Assembly (NCBI GenBank): GCA_965249485.1 | Contig: OZ252239.1 | Coordinates: forward strand, 3,200,001-3,264,000 | Length of the DNA stretch: 64,000 nt | From: a bacterium | Lineage (GTDB): Bacteria > SM23-31 | Direction: 5' to 3' | Shown here: positions 51,734 to 61,697 of the stretch, piece by piece | Layout: every line of letters begins with the position of its first letter | Position numbering within the stretch: position 1 is the stretch's first letter | Program-made: the position numbers and the translations under genes | The notes under the pieces: generated by a model | Told to the model about the DNA's origin: nothing | The model's database searches: none | Seen by the model: only the letters and a program-made list of their open reading frames with translations

Positions 51734-51880
51734 TCATCCTTCTTTATCTTGGTAAGACTCTCCTCTAACTGCTACACCTAAACTCCGACCATCTACACGA
51801 GTTTCTATGCCGGATTTCTTTGTTCCTAGTCGAGACGCTTTGCCCCGATTTCCTTTTATTATTGCTTTAAACTGTGCCAT
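51734..51880 (-). CDS. Small phage hypothetical (48 aa)
   Basis: AAGGA RBS; MAQFKAIIKGNRGKASRLGTKKSG. Confidence 0.55.
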   Translation of the reverse strand: MAQFKAIIKGNRGKASRLGTKKSGIETRVDGRSLGVAVRGESYQDKEG

Positions 51881-52547
51881 GACTTGTTCCTTTCTTTTTA
51901 ATTACGATTCTCTTCTCTAAGCAACTTACCAAAGACCACAACCTGTTAGTCACTCAGTTCTCTAGCTCTCAACTTCATATAAGTAGACTCTCTACTCACA
52001 TCCAATCCATAGGTCAATCTTAATGCAATCAACCTTTTCTCTAAAGGTCTTCTGCTCTCCATTCTACTTTCCTCTTTCTATTGCTATTAGTATTCCAACT
52101 ACAATCAAAACCACACACAAAACTAAAGGGTCTAACATGTTCCTCTCTTTTAGTTACTAGTGTCCTCTACTTTGTTTACCCCAATCTCTAACCTACTTCT
52201 TTAATTCACCTTGTGTTTTATACCTTATTCTATTGTTCCATATCTCTTTAGTTTATGAACTTCACCTACTTGTTCGCCTACACTTATAGTGACCAACTCT
52301 AAGAGCATCATAACTACTCTATAGATACTATCAATATACTTATATATATCCTAAAAGTCAATAGTTTTTTATATCTCAAGAGATTTCTATATCTCAAGAT
52401 AGTATACAAATATCTCATCAGTAATATAATGTAGAGGAGATCAGACTCTTGTTCTAAGAGATAAAGGAAAGGGGGGTCAAGGGGAAGCGCCTCTTTTCCA
52501 CTACGTATATTCAGGTTGTATGTGGTAGAGCAGAGATTTAGGATATA

Positions 52548-52598
52548 AAGGTGACGAGAAAGGAGATTAAGGTGACAGGAGTGTCCCTATAAGGTGAC
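52548..52598 (+). repeat. Three phased AAGGTGAC direct repeats
   Basis: Copies start at 52548, 52569 and 52591 (21 and 22 bp apart). Confidence 0.8.
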
Positions 52599-52878
52599 AT
52601 CAGAGGAGATTAGCCCCTTCCTACCCTAAAAGTTGGTCTATACCTACACAATACCACAATATATAGACATTATACTTGTCTATATCACTATAATTACTTA
52701 TATTTCCTTTGGATGCTGAACAGTCTAAGAGGGAGGAGTCTCGTGGATTCTCTTCCCTCTTCCTACCTAAGAGGCTAAAGCCTCTATTAGGAGACTATAG
52801 AGTATCTATAGACTAAGAGTTAGAGGAAGACAATAGTGTAAAGATCTTCCTCTTTATAGTTTAGAGGAGTTAAATAGA

Positions 52879-53388
52879 GTGCCTAAACCGATTTTGAAGG
52901 AGAGAGCCTTCTCCGACCTGAATGGTCTGACTCAGAAGATGCACATGGCAATTAAGTACATCTTTGTAGGAAGAGGTTCATCTGAAATAGCTAGAAGGTT
53001 AGATGTTCATTCTAGTACTATCTCTAGTTGGAGGAAGCATCCTCTGGTTATAGCTCAGATAGAGAAGATGAACAGAGAGAGTTATAAGACTACTATGGAG
53101 ATGCAGACCGAACTACAGAGGTCAGCGGCTCCAAAGGCTGTGCAAGTCGTTCAGGAGATATTAGATAGTCCGGTGGATAAGGACTTCAATCCTGCCAATG
53201 TAAGAGCTAATACTGCTGTCAAAGTTCTCCAAATGACTAACGTAGATATGTCTAATAATCCACCTGAGAGGGAGCAGAAAGCCGGTGACAAGGTTATGGA
53301 CGAGCTTCAAAGTAATGTAGCTCAAGCAAAGAGAGAGGGTTTGATGGTAGAGGTAGTTATTGAAGATGCTGAGGTTAGTGAAGAGTGA
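52879..53388 (+). CDS. HTH protein, possible terminase small subunit
   Basis: EIARRLDVHSSTISSWRKHP HTH; first rightward gene; GAGGAG RBS. Confidence 0.55.
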   Translation: MPKPILKERAFSDLNGLTQKMHMAIKYIFVGRGSSEIARRLDVHSSTISSWRKHPLVIAQIEKMNRESYKTTMEMQTELQRSAAPKAVQVVQEILDSPVDKDFNPANVRANTAVKVLQMTNVDMSNNPPEREQKAGDKVMDELQSNVAQAKREGLMVEVVIEDAEVSEE

Positions 53389-53585
53389 ATGAACTTTCCT
53401 CGAAAGTCGGTCTATTCTTTAAAAGTCTATGCTTGGGAAATGCATCTCTTGAAGAAGTCCCTTTAGATACCTCCCTTAGGTCAGGTGAGAGTCTTAAGAG
53501 TTTGCTCTTGAGGGAATGTTCTAAGTCTAAAGTTAATGTATTGACCGACTTCCAAGGGAAGTTTGAGGTATCCTCTGATGGATGA
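53385..53585 (+). CDS. Phage hypothetical
   Basis: Overlaps both neighbours. Confidence 0.45.
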   Translation: MNELSSKVGLFFKSLCLGNASLEEVPLDTSLRSGESLKSLLLRECSKSKVNVLTDFQGKFEVSSDG

Positions 53586-53988
53586 ACAAGCTCTGAAAAA
53601 CGAAATATCAAGACATGAAGGTAGTAGAGACCTTGCCTACATAGACACGATGGGCAAGATAACTATAGGTAAAGGACTTAATATAAGTGATGTTCCCTTC
53701 TCTGCCGACCTCCTAGAGGCTGAGTTCACAAGAAGGTTACAAGGGCACATAGAGTCTATGGACTTAGTTTTTAAGAACTTCTATGACCTGAGTGAGAAAA
53801 GACAGAGAGCACTCACTAACATGATGTTTAATCTAGGAATGAAGAAGTTGCTCCAGTTTAGAAAGACTCGAAAGGCTATAGAGGCTGAGGACTTCGAGAA
53901 AGCGGCTGATGAGATGGAGGACTCACTATGGTATAGTCAAGTCGGTCAAAGGGCTAGAGAGTTAGTAGCTATGGTGAGGGAAGGATGA
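53578..53988 (+). CDS. Phage lysozyme/endolysin (T4-like GH24)
   Basis: HEG.R..AY.DT.G..TIG.G, NM.FNLG and AA.EM.DS.W..QVG.RA motifs. Confidence 0.92.
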   Translation: MDEQALKNEISRHEGSRDLAYIDTMGKITIGKGLNISDVPFSADLLEAEFTRRLQGHIESMDLVFKNFYDLSEKRQRALTNMMFNLGMKKLLQFRKTRKAIEAEDFEKAADEMEDSLWYSQVGQRARELVAMVREG

Positions 53989-54158
53989 GCGTTCATGTTA
54001 TGAAGGTTCCTGAAACACTAGATGGTACTTGGGAATGTCCTGATTGTTCTTATCAGAATGAACTATTCCTCGTGATAGAAGATGAGCTTCCTGAGTATGT
54101 GCATTGTTCTGTCTGTGGTCATCAATCTACACATATTTGTTGGTACAAGGAGGAGTAA
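53985..54158 (+). CDS. Small zinc-ribbon protein (57 aa)
   Basis: WECPDC...VHCSVCG; ATGA and TAATG coupling on both sides. Confidence 0.7.
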   Translation: MSVHVMKVPETLDGTWECPDCSYQNELFLVIEDELPEYVHCSVCGHQSTHICWYKEE

Positions 54159-54267
54159 TGAGAGCAAGGACTATTAAGTTTAAGGAGCTTGCTCAGGAGA
54201 GACAGAAGAAGGTCATGGAAAGAGAGATGAAGAGAAGAGAGCAAAGGCTCAATAATGAGAAAGAGAA

Positions 54268-54504
54268 ATGAAAAGAAGAGACTTTGGTAAAGCTTTAGCA
54301 GGAGTAGTCGCTTGTCTCTTTGGTGGAGGTTATCCTAAAATAGAAAAGTCTAAACCTAAAACTTATACTAGAAGATTAGTAGAGATAGACTCTAAATCTC
54401 CAGAGTTAGGAGGAGACTTAGATTGGCTATATAATCCTATAGGTATTACTTCTTATAATTACATTCCAGAAAAGGAGAAAGAGAGAAATGGAACAAACTC
54501 TTAA
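54268..54504 (+). CDS. Small protein with twin-arginine-like N-terminus
   Basis: MKRRDFGKALAGVVACLFGG. Confidence 0.6.
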   Translation: MKRRDFGKALAGVVACLFGGGYPKIEKSKPKTYTRRLVEIDSKSPELGGDLDWLYNPIGITSYNYIPEKEKERNGTNS

Positions 54505-54991
54505 ACTAATATTCACCTTAGCTTTCCTCTCCTACTGGATATGGGAAGGCTTTACAGAGAGAGAGACTTGGAGAATGAGTTCCGGCTCACAGAAGAGAAC
54601 CGGAATCTATCACTTCTGGAGACTTTTAGAGACCGGAAGTATCGACTTGACCATTCTCACCACCTTCTCGCTAGGCTCTCTCTTTACCTTTATATATAGG
54701 TGGTTTCCAGAACAGCCTTGGGAAAACTTTCCTTGGAGCTATCTCTGGCTCTATTTAGGTGTCAGAATCCTAGGCTATACCCTCTATGAAGCAGTATTTA
54801 CTCTAGGTCAAAGCAGTATACCTCTTGAGACTGCTTCTGGTAGAGTGAGGATATTTATCCCTTGGTATAAGAAGCTTTGGTACAAGCCTCACCCTTGGAA
54901 ACTCTTCAATAAAGAATATAATCAACCAAGTCGGTTCATATTCTCTACCCTATTCCTACTTGGTCTAATTTTAACAATACGCTTCATCTAG
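54488..54991 (+). CDS. Phage membrane protein
   Basis: About four hydrophobic, Trp-rich segments. Confidence 0.7.
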   Translation: MEQTLKLIFTLAFLSYWIWEGFTERETWRMSSGSQKRTGIYHFWRLLETGSIDLTILTTFSLGSLFTFIYRWFPEQPWENFPWSYLWLYLGVRILGYTLYEAVFTLGQSSIPLETASGRVRIFIPWYKKLWYKPHPWKLFNKEYNQPSRFIFSTLFLLGLILTIRFI

Positions 54992-54997
54992 GAGAGT

Positions 54998-55429
54998 GTG
55001 ATGACTTTTCAGTCAAACATTACCAAGAAGGGAATCTTAGGACTCCTCATAATAGGAGGATTATTCCTGCTTTCACTCCTCACTATGAACTTTGACCCTG
55101 ATGTTACAGAGTGGACTGTGGTTAGGTCGGTAAACTACACCCATTGGAATGTAGAGAGGGATAGTATCGTTGATGCAGATACTACAGCCTTTTTTCTCTC
55201 TAATGCAGGCTCAGGGCAGATATTGCTTATAAACCCTGATGCAGATGACACTCTAGGGATTAGCTTTGATAATGGTGGTAACTGGCTATTGATTCCACCT
55301 GACTTCTCTAGTGCTACATTCTCACCTGCTAATGAGGACTCTATACACTTTTTAGTCTTTGGAGCTACAGCAGGAGATACCACAATAAGCCCAGATGTAG
55401 CTTGGACTACTTTATCGGAGGATAGATAG
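54998..55429 (+). CDS. Phage protein with signal peptide/anchor
   Basis: KK followed by a hydrophobic stretch, then an acidic beta-rich domain. Confidence 0.7.
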   Translation: MMTFQSNITKKGILGLLIIGGLFLLSLLTMNFDPDVTEWTVVRSVNYTHWNVERDSIVDADTTAFFLSNAGSGQILLINPDADDTLGISFDNGGNWLLIPPDFSSATFSPANEDSIHFLVFGATAGDTTISPDVAWTTLSEDR

Positions 55430-55430
55430 A

Positions 55431-57068
55431 ATGAAAAAGATTCTTTTAACAATACTCTTGGTTCTAATAGCCTGTCCTCTCTTAGGACAAATTAATCAAC
55501 CTATCTCTGTAATAGACTCTATCGCCGCAGTAGGGGATACTACTATTGATAAATCTACCCTTAGAGATGGAGCTATATTCTTCTTAGAGGATTCTGTCTT
55601 TGTTATAGGAGTTAAGAAGGATAATGACAGAGCTTGGGGGAAGGTCTTTAAACTCAATGGAGTTAATGACCCTCTAGTTTTAGTAGACTTTGAAATCACT
55701 ATTGAGGCTCTAGCAGACTTATTTGGTATCTCTTTAACAGACTCTACTTTTATATTCTATTGGCAGAGGGAAGATGATGGAATAAGTGGAGCTAAGAGGT
55801 TTACATTCCAGAATGATGGTACTATAGATACCTCTGATGCCACTACGGCATTTCCTACTGGTGTATCAGGGCACTATGGAGCTATGACCGCTTTAACAGA
55901 CTCTACCTTTATGATATTTACTAGAGACCTTACAGTGGCAGGAGCGACGCAGGGAGCAGCTGTCTATGGTACTCATCAAGCAAGTGATGGTTCACTTCTC
56001 TTTAGCACTGTTGGTGAAGTAACTGTGGAAGATACAGGGTCTAGAGCATATGATATAGATGCTATAGATGATACTACTGCTGTGGCTGTTTATAATGAAG
56101 GTACTGTTATAGAGAACCCTTATGCTATAGTGTTACAATATGATGCAGGAACAGATTCTGTAGTATCAGGAAGTTCTATAACTCTAGCAGTAGATAAGAT
56201 AGAGGGTACCTCGAAAATACTTACGGTCTTAGGTACGGCTAAAGATAGATTTGTAACATATCAGAAAGCTACTACAGCAAAAGATACTATCCTCTTTGGT
56301 ACTGTAGATGCTATAGCCTTGACTGTTGTAAGAGATACTGTTTATGGAGTAGAGGATAGTATTACAGTTTCTCCTATCCCAGAACATATATCTACTACTT
56401 ATATAGATACAAATGCTTTTATGATTAACTATAATCAAAGAGGTGCTCCTTTTGGAGCTAATGTATACACTTCTAGAATAGTGACAGTTGACCTAACTAA
56501 TAACCTTATATTAGCTATATCTGACTCTGTTAAGTGGATAAAGCAGCCTAGTCTTTCTGCTAGTTCTGTCCCTACTAACATAGCTGTAAACTCAAATAGA
56601 GTAGCTGTAGGCTTAACAGAAGATGAGCGCATAGCTACTCCTGTAGCTAACATAGGACATCTTAGAGTAGTCTCTTTAGATAATCTAACCTTTCCACCTA
56701 TAGCACCTAGGAATGTCTTTGTCTCTACAGGGTTAAAGGATACAATTATTGTATCTTGGAATACTACTGTAATGACTCCACCTATGACAGGGCTAGCAAG
56801 GATAGATACTTCTGGAACTTCTGATGATTCGACCTTTGGGGTATTGACTACAGGAGCTACAAGTCCTTATAAGTTTGTGCCTCCTTCTAATAACAAGACT
56901 TACTGGTTTAAGATTTACTCTGAGGAGGATAGACTTTATGGATTAGGTACACCTTCTAGTGTAACCAGTGGAATGAGTCTTACTAACTATCCTACTGACC
57001 CTGATGCAGTTGGAGGAACAAGTACAGGTGTTATTATCTTTGGAGTAGGCTATAGACCTCAACAATAA
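55431..57068 (+). CDS. Secreted beta-rich repeat protein with C-terminal FN3-like domain
   Basis: Sec signal MKKILL...LLG|Q; repeated (L/I)(T/D)D(S/T)TF-type units; APRNV..IVSW..YWFKI. Confidence 0.72.
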   Translation: MKKILLTILLVLIACPLLGQINQPISVIDSIAAVGDTTIDKSTLRDGAIFFLEDSVFVIGVKKDNDRAWGKVFKLNGVNDPLVLVDFEITIEALADLFGISLTDSTFIFYWQREDDGISGAKRFTFQNDGTIDTSDATTAFPTGVSGHYGAMTALTDSTFMIFTRDLTVAGATQGAAVYGTHQASDGSLLFSTVGEVTVEDTGSRAYDIDAIDDTTAVAVYNEGTVIENPYAIVLQYDAGTDSVVSGSSITLAVDKIEGTSKILTVLGTAKDRFVTYQKATTAKDTILFGTVDAIALTVVRDTVYGVEDSITVSPIPEHISTTYIDTNAFMINYNQRGAPFGANVYTSRIVTVDLTNNLILAISDSVKWIKQPSLSASSVPTNIAVNSNRVAVGLTEDERIATPVANIGHLRVVSLDNLTFPPIAPRNVFVSTGLKDTIIVSWNTTVMTPPMTGLARIDTSGTSDDSTFGVLTTGATSPYKFVPPSNNKTYWFKIYSEEDRLYGLGTPSSVTSGMSLTNYPTDPDAVGGTSTGVIIFGVGYRPQQ

Positions 57069-57088
57069 AAAACTTAGAGGAGTAAGTA

Positions 57089-57349
57089 ATGACTAAAGAA
57101 ACTGACTTCATAGGTGTTCCTTTTCTAGGGAGATTTGTTCTCTTCATTAGAGCTTCTATGAGAAGTATCTGGAGTATTGCTATTCTCTGGACTGATATGA
57201 AAGTGTTCTCAGGCTCTTGGACTCTGGAAGCCGGAACTCAGGTTGAGAGTGCTTTCTGGATAGTTAATCTCTTAGTCCTTGGCTTCTGGTTTGGTGAGAA
57301 AGCTATTAGTGCTATCCTTCCCCTTTATCAAGCAAAGGTGGGAAAGTAA
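57089..57349 (+). CDS. Small 2-TM protein (holin-like)
   Basis: Two TM segments, GFWFGEK motif, adjacent to the holin. Confidence 0.6.
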   Translation: MTKETDFIGVPFLGRFVLFIRASMRSIWSIAILWTDMKVFSGSWTLEAGTQVESAFWIVNLLVLGFWFGEKAISAILPLYQAKVGK

Positions 57350-57745
57350 ATGGCTTTTGGATTTAGTAAAGTAATAGGTGCTCTTACTGAACTAGTAAAG
57401 GCAACAGGGAAAGCTGTAGACTCCATCCATACCTCTGATGAAGAAAAGGGGAAAATTAAGCTCAAGCTAGATGAGATACAGCTTCAAGTTTATCAGCTTA
57501 GTTTTAAAGGTCTGATGCTTGAACTCACAGGGAATACTTTACAGAGAAGTTGGAGACCGGTCTTAATGTACCTTTTCATTTGGCTCATATTCTGGAATTA
57601 CTTTGCACATCCTGTAGTCTCCTATTGGTTCCCTATTCCTAAAGCAGACATACCTCCCCTCATGTGGACTCTTATACAAGGGAGCCTCATGGGCTATGGC
57701 TACCTCAGGTCTAGAGAGAAAGAGAAAAACGTAAGGGATAACTGA
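57350..57745 (+). CDS. 3TM-type holin
   Basis: D..HTSDEEK, SWRP and G..RS.EK.K motifs. Confidence 0.85.
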   Translation: MAFGFSKVIGALTELVKATGKAVDSIHTSDEEKGKIKLKLDEIQLQVYQLSFKGLMLELTGNTLQRSWRPVLMYLFIWLIFWNYFAHPVVSYWFPIPKADIPPLMWTLIQGSLMGYGYLRSREKEKNVRDN

Positions 57746-57746
57746 T

Positions 57747-58040
57747 ATGCCTAAAGAGAAACGTAGAGACTCGGATACCTTAGTAGGCAAGTTCAAAGCC
57801 AATGCTTACTCTATTGTAGCCTCTATCACTATTTTAGGCTTTCTAGGTACTCTCATCTATAATGGCTATATAGCTCCTAAAGTTGAGGCTCAGATAATGG
57901 AAACGGTAGCGAATACAGCACACTTTGATAAGACAGAAGGAGCAGTCTTAGTCCAACAAGTGAGTAGTATGAAAGACCAGTTAGACCATATAGAGACTCA
58001 GGTAGATGCTTTAGTAAATCACATGATAAGGAGTCAGTAA
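57747..58040 (+). CDS. TM + coiled-coil protein
   Basis: Single TM segment followed by a heptad region. Confidence 0.65.
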   Translation: MPKEKRRDSDTLVGKFKANAYSIVASITILGFLGTLIYNGYIAPKVEAQIMETVANTAHFDKTEGAVLVQQVSSMKDQLDHIETQVDALVNHMIRSQ

Positions 58041-58282
58041 TGGCATTGGTGCTTCTCTTTTGTATCCTCTGCAATCCTCAACCTCAAGATACAACAAAGC
58101 ACTCTCATGTAGATAGTTTAGTTTTAGCTGACTCTCTCCTAACAGAGGCCATTAAACAAGAAGTTGTTCAAATTCAGAGAATAGAAGACAAGCTCCAAAT
58201 GCTTTTAGAATACCTTAATTCACAAAGCTTCGATTTGATAAGAGAAGCAGTAGCCTCAGATAGTACAAGGAGAGATAACTAA
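58040..58282 (+). CDS. Phage hypothetical, possible lipoprotein
   Basis: TAATG coupling; hydrophobic N-terminus with Cys. Confidence 0.5.
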   Translation: MALVLLFCILCNPQPQDTTKHSHVDSLVLADSLLTEAIKQEVVQIQRIEDKLQMLLEYLNSQSFDLIREAVASDSTRRDN

Positions 58283-58657
58283 GTGCCTATAGAGAATATA
58301 TACCCCGGATACAAGGACATTACTCTCCGTCAAGGTCAGGGATGGAATAGAGAGTTTGGATGGTATGAAGATCCTGATACCTTGTTTGACCTCACAGGCT
58401 ACGTCATCACAATGGACATCAGACTCCAGAAGGATGATGCTTCTGCAATCTTAGAACTAACTAGTGCAGACTCATCAGGAGATTACATAGACATAGATAC
58501 AGGAACAGGCCTTTTTACTATCTACATCTCAGACACAGCCATAGCCGCTATGGACTTCCAAGTAGCATACTACGACATCTTAATGGCAAAGGCAGGAGAA
58601 GAGGACTTCTTTCTCTTAGAGGGTAAGATAATTTTAGAGAAAAGTACATCGAGGTAA
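58283..58657 (+). CDS. Virion/tail-associated Ig-like protein (BppU-N-like)
   Basis: QG..W, DLTGY...M.IR, YYDI and LEG motifs; precedes the tail fibre. Confidence 0.65.
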   Translation: MPIENIYPGYKDITLRQGQGWNREFGWYEDPDTLFDLTGYVITMDIRLQKDDASAILELTSADSSGDYIDIDTGTGLFTIYISDTAIAAMDFQVAYYDILMAKAGEEDFFLLEGKIILEKSTSR

Positions 58658-58659
58658 TT

Positions 58660-61600
58660 ATGGGTAGAGCAAATGTTTTCTTAAAAGGTAACCAGTTACA
58701 GATTATAGAGAAAGTTACTGCAACAGCAGGGGCTAATAAGACCTCAGGCTTAATTGCAGGAGCTACTGTCTCTACAACAACTATCTCCAATCCTGCTACT
58801 TTAGGTTCTGGAATAGAGATGTTCACAGGAGCCTCAGAAGGTATCCTTGGAGTCTTCCGAACCTCTCTAGCCGGAGTAGCCAAAGCAGAATTAGGTTACA
58901 TGGGAAGTACCGGAGACTATGGAATATGGGGAACTATAGGAGGATTTGGAGGTACTGCTTTTGCTTCTAGAACTGTAGACATAGTTGCCGGAGGTTTAGA
59001 TGTTATAGCGGCAGGGGGACTAGTCATAACAGGTACAGGAACGGTGACTTTTGGCTCAAATACCTTAAGTGCTACAGTAGCGACTTTAGAAACACCTATC
59101 TTGAATACCTCAGTAAGTGGAACTGCCTTCCTTGATGAGGATACTCTAGTAAGCGACTCTGCTACTAAGTTGGCTTCTCAACAAAGTATTAAAGCCTATG
59201 CTGATGCTTTAAGTTATGAAGTTAGTGACCTTACAGATATTACCTTGACTTCTATTGGAGCTAATGAGATGCTTCAGTGGGATGGTGCGGCTTGGATAAA
59301 CCAGACTATTACTGAGATAGGATTTCTCCAGAACATTGTAGAAGACATTACTCCTCAATTAGGTGCTAACCTTGATGTCTCTACCTTTAACTTTGTTTCT
59401 ACTTCTAACAATCCTATAACTCTCGCTCCTCTTGGTACTGGTAAAGTCATCATTACGAAGACCGGCATAGCACAGGATATGCAGTTAGATATAATCGGTG
59501 GTACTGCAAAGGAAGCTATCATCTTTATGTCTGCGGCTGATGGTGCGGCTAATGATGATGACTGGCAAGTAGTCAATGAAGGCTCTGGAGTCCTTACTAT
59601 TGAGAGTTATAGCACAGGTTCTTTTGTTGCTATAGCAACCTTCACTTCGGCTACTTCTGTAACCTTTGCGGAAGGATTGATTCTATCTACTGGTAAAGAC
59701 CTGACTCTTACTTCTGGTTCAGTAGTTTCCCTCTCTAATGCAGATATAGCTATTGCTCCTCATGGAACTGGTGATGCCATCATAGGAGCTAACAATGCTA
59801 CAGGTCTTGTAAAAGTCTATATGGGTACTACTTTAATTACCTTGCCTAGTGCAGACGGAGCCGCTAATGAGGTTATGGAGACTGATGGATCAGGAACTAT
59901 CTCATGGGTAGCTCCTAGTGCTGTTGTAGCTACAGTAAGTGCTATAACTAATGTTACTATTACCTCTAACACTTCTGGAGAACTCCTTCAATGGAACGGC
60001 TCTGCTTGGATTAATCAAACCTTGACTGAGATAGGGATTGTTCTTGATACTTCTCCTCAGTTAGGGGGGAATTTAGACATAAATGGTTCTGTAATCAATA
60101 TAGACGGTGCAGGAGGTATTACCATAAACTCAGGTGGTACTATTATTTCTGATGCTACAGTAGACATCACTATTAGTCCAGGTACTACAGGAGACCTCAT
60201 CCTTGGAGCCAACAATTCTTCTGGTCTCTTCAAGGTCTACTTTGGAACAACTCTAATGACTTTCCCTACTGGAGATGGTACAGCTAATCAAGTGCTAAAG
60301 ACAGATGCGGCAGGTACTTTGAGTTGGGTAACCCCTAGTGGTGGAACAGGTATATCTAATGTAGTAGATGATACTACTCCGCAGTTAGGTGGCGACCTTG
60401 ACACACAGGGAAATGAGATAACAACAGCGTCAGGGAATGACTTACTATTGAGCGTAGGCTCCTCAAGTGATGAAGTTCATATATTAAAATCAAATGGTGA
60501 CATTCACGGCAAGTGGGACAATACTCATTATGTATCTTATCATGACATGCAAATTATCAAGTCGGTCTCTCTTGATTCAGACTATCCCGGGACTGCATTA
60601 AATGCAGTACTTAGTCTAGTAGGTGGTGAAGGAAAAGATGCTGAAATCAATTTGACGGCAGACGATGATGATGATAATTCAGATTCATGGCAAATCAAAA
60701 GCCCAGCATCTGGTAATAAATTTACTGTTGGAGTGTGGACTGGGTCTGCATATACAGCACGGTTTACCATTACTCCGGCAGGAGCTGTGGCCTTAGCTTC
60801 TGGAGTAGGTGTGAATGAGTTCTCTAATGACGGTACAATGGCAGGGAATAGTGACTTAGCTGTACCTACAGAGAAGGCAGTCGTTACTTACACTACCGCT
60901 ACCTTTGCTTCTAAAAGCCATGCTCACTCTGCGGTTGATATAACTAGTGGGACTTTGACTACAGCTAGAGGAGGTACAGGTTTAAGTTCTACTGTTACTA
61001 GCACCGAGTTTGGCTATCTTGCAGGAGTTACCTCTGCTATTCAGACACAGCTTAATGCAAAGGCTAGCACTAGTCATACTCACTCTGTCAATGTGGTAGG
61101 AGATACTACTCCGCAGTTAGGTGGCGACCTTGACACACAGGGAAATGAGATAACAACAGCGTCAGGGAATGACTTACTATTGAGCGTAGGCTCCTCAAGT
61201 GATGAAGTTCATATATTAAAATCAAATGGTGACATTCACGGCAAGTGGGACAATACTCATTATGTATCTTATCATGACATGCAAATTATCAAGTCGGTCT
61301 CTCTTGATTCAGACTATCCCGGGACTGCATTAAATGCAGTACTTAGTCTAGTAGGTGGTGAAGGAAAAGATGCTGAAATCAATTTGACGGCAGACGATGA
61401 TGATGATAATTCAGATTCATGGCAAATCAAAAGCCCAGCATCTGGTAATAAATTTACTGTTGGAGTGTGGACTGGGTCTGCATATACAGCACGGTTTACC
61501 ATTACTCCGGCAGGAGCTGTGGCCTTAGCTTCTGGTGACTTTAGTATACAATCAGGTAAGAAGTTTTACTTAGATGGTGATGGTGGTAATGATTACATCT

Positions 61601-61683
61601 GGCTTACAGCAGGAAGAATAGAATTTTATGTAGCAGGAGTCTTAGAAGGTTATATAGATACAAATGGTTTCGTAAGCACTTAA
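58660..61683 (+). CDS. Tail fibre / receptor-binding protein
   Basis: G/T/S-rich; four D.TPQLG..LD motifs; P..DG.AN.V..TD..GT.SW and L.GVTSAIQTQLN.K fibre motifs. Confidence 0.85.
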   Translation: MGRANVFLKGNQLQIIEKVTATAGANKTSGLIAGATVSTTTISNPATLGSGIEMFTGASEGILGVFRTSLAGVAKAELGYMGSTGDYGIWGTIGGFGGTAFASRTVDIVAGGLDVIAAGGLVITGTGTVTFGSNTLSATVATLETPILNTSVSGTAFLDEDTLVSDSATKLASQQSIKAYADALSYEVSDLTDITLTSIGANEMLQWDGAAWINQTITEIGFLQNIVEDITPQLGANLDVSTFNFVSTSNNPITLAPLGTGKVIITKTGIAQDMQLDIIGGTAKEAIIFMSAADGAANDDDWQVVNEGSGVLTIESYSTGSFVAIATFTSATSVTFAEGLILSTGKDLTLTSGSVVSLSNADIAIAPHGTGDAIIGANNATGLVKVYMGTTLITLPSADGAANEVMETDGSGTISWVAPSAVVATVSAITNVTITSNTSGELLQWNGSAWINQTLTEIGIVLDTSPQLGGNLDINGSVINIDGAGGITINSGGTIISDATVDITISPGTTGDLILGANNSSGLFKVYFGTTLMTFPTGDGTANQVLKTDAAGTLSWVTPSGGTGISNVVDDTTPQLGGDLDTQGNEITTASGNDLLLSVGSSSDEVHILKSNGDIHGKWDNTHYVSYHDMQIIKSVSLDSDYPGTALNAVLSLVGGEGKDAEINLTADDDDDNSDSWQIKSPASGNKFTVGVWTGSAYTARFTITPAGAVALASGVGVNEFSNDGTMAGNSDLAVPTEKAVVTYTTATFASKSHAHSAVDITSGTLTTARGGTGLSSTVTSTEFGYLAGVTSAIQTQLNAKASTSHTHSVNVVGDTTPQLGGDLDTQGNEITTASGNDLLLSVGSSSDEVHILKSNGDIHGKWDNTHYVSYHDMQIIKSVSLDSDYPGTALNAVLSLVGGEGKDAEINLTADDDDDNSDSWQIKSPASGNKFTVGVWTGSAYTARFTITPAGAVALASGDFSIQSGKKFYLDGDGGNDYIWLTAGRIEFYVAGVLEGYIDTNGFVST
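60370..61535 (+). repeat. 434-bp direct repeat (60370-60803 and 61102-61535)
   Basis: Offset 732 bp, in frame; identical translations, no mismatch seen by eye. Confidence 0.93.
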
Positions 61684-61697
61684 AAGAGGAGAATGAG

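Noticed and set aside
52370..52612. CRISPR mini-array
   Set aside because: Repeats are only 8-12 bp with short gaps, and no cas genes are present.
60370..61535. Diversity-generating retroelement TR/VR pair
   Set aside because: The copies are identical with no adenine-specific mismatches, both are coding, and no reverse transcriptase is in the window.
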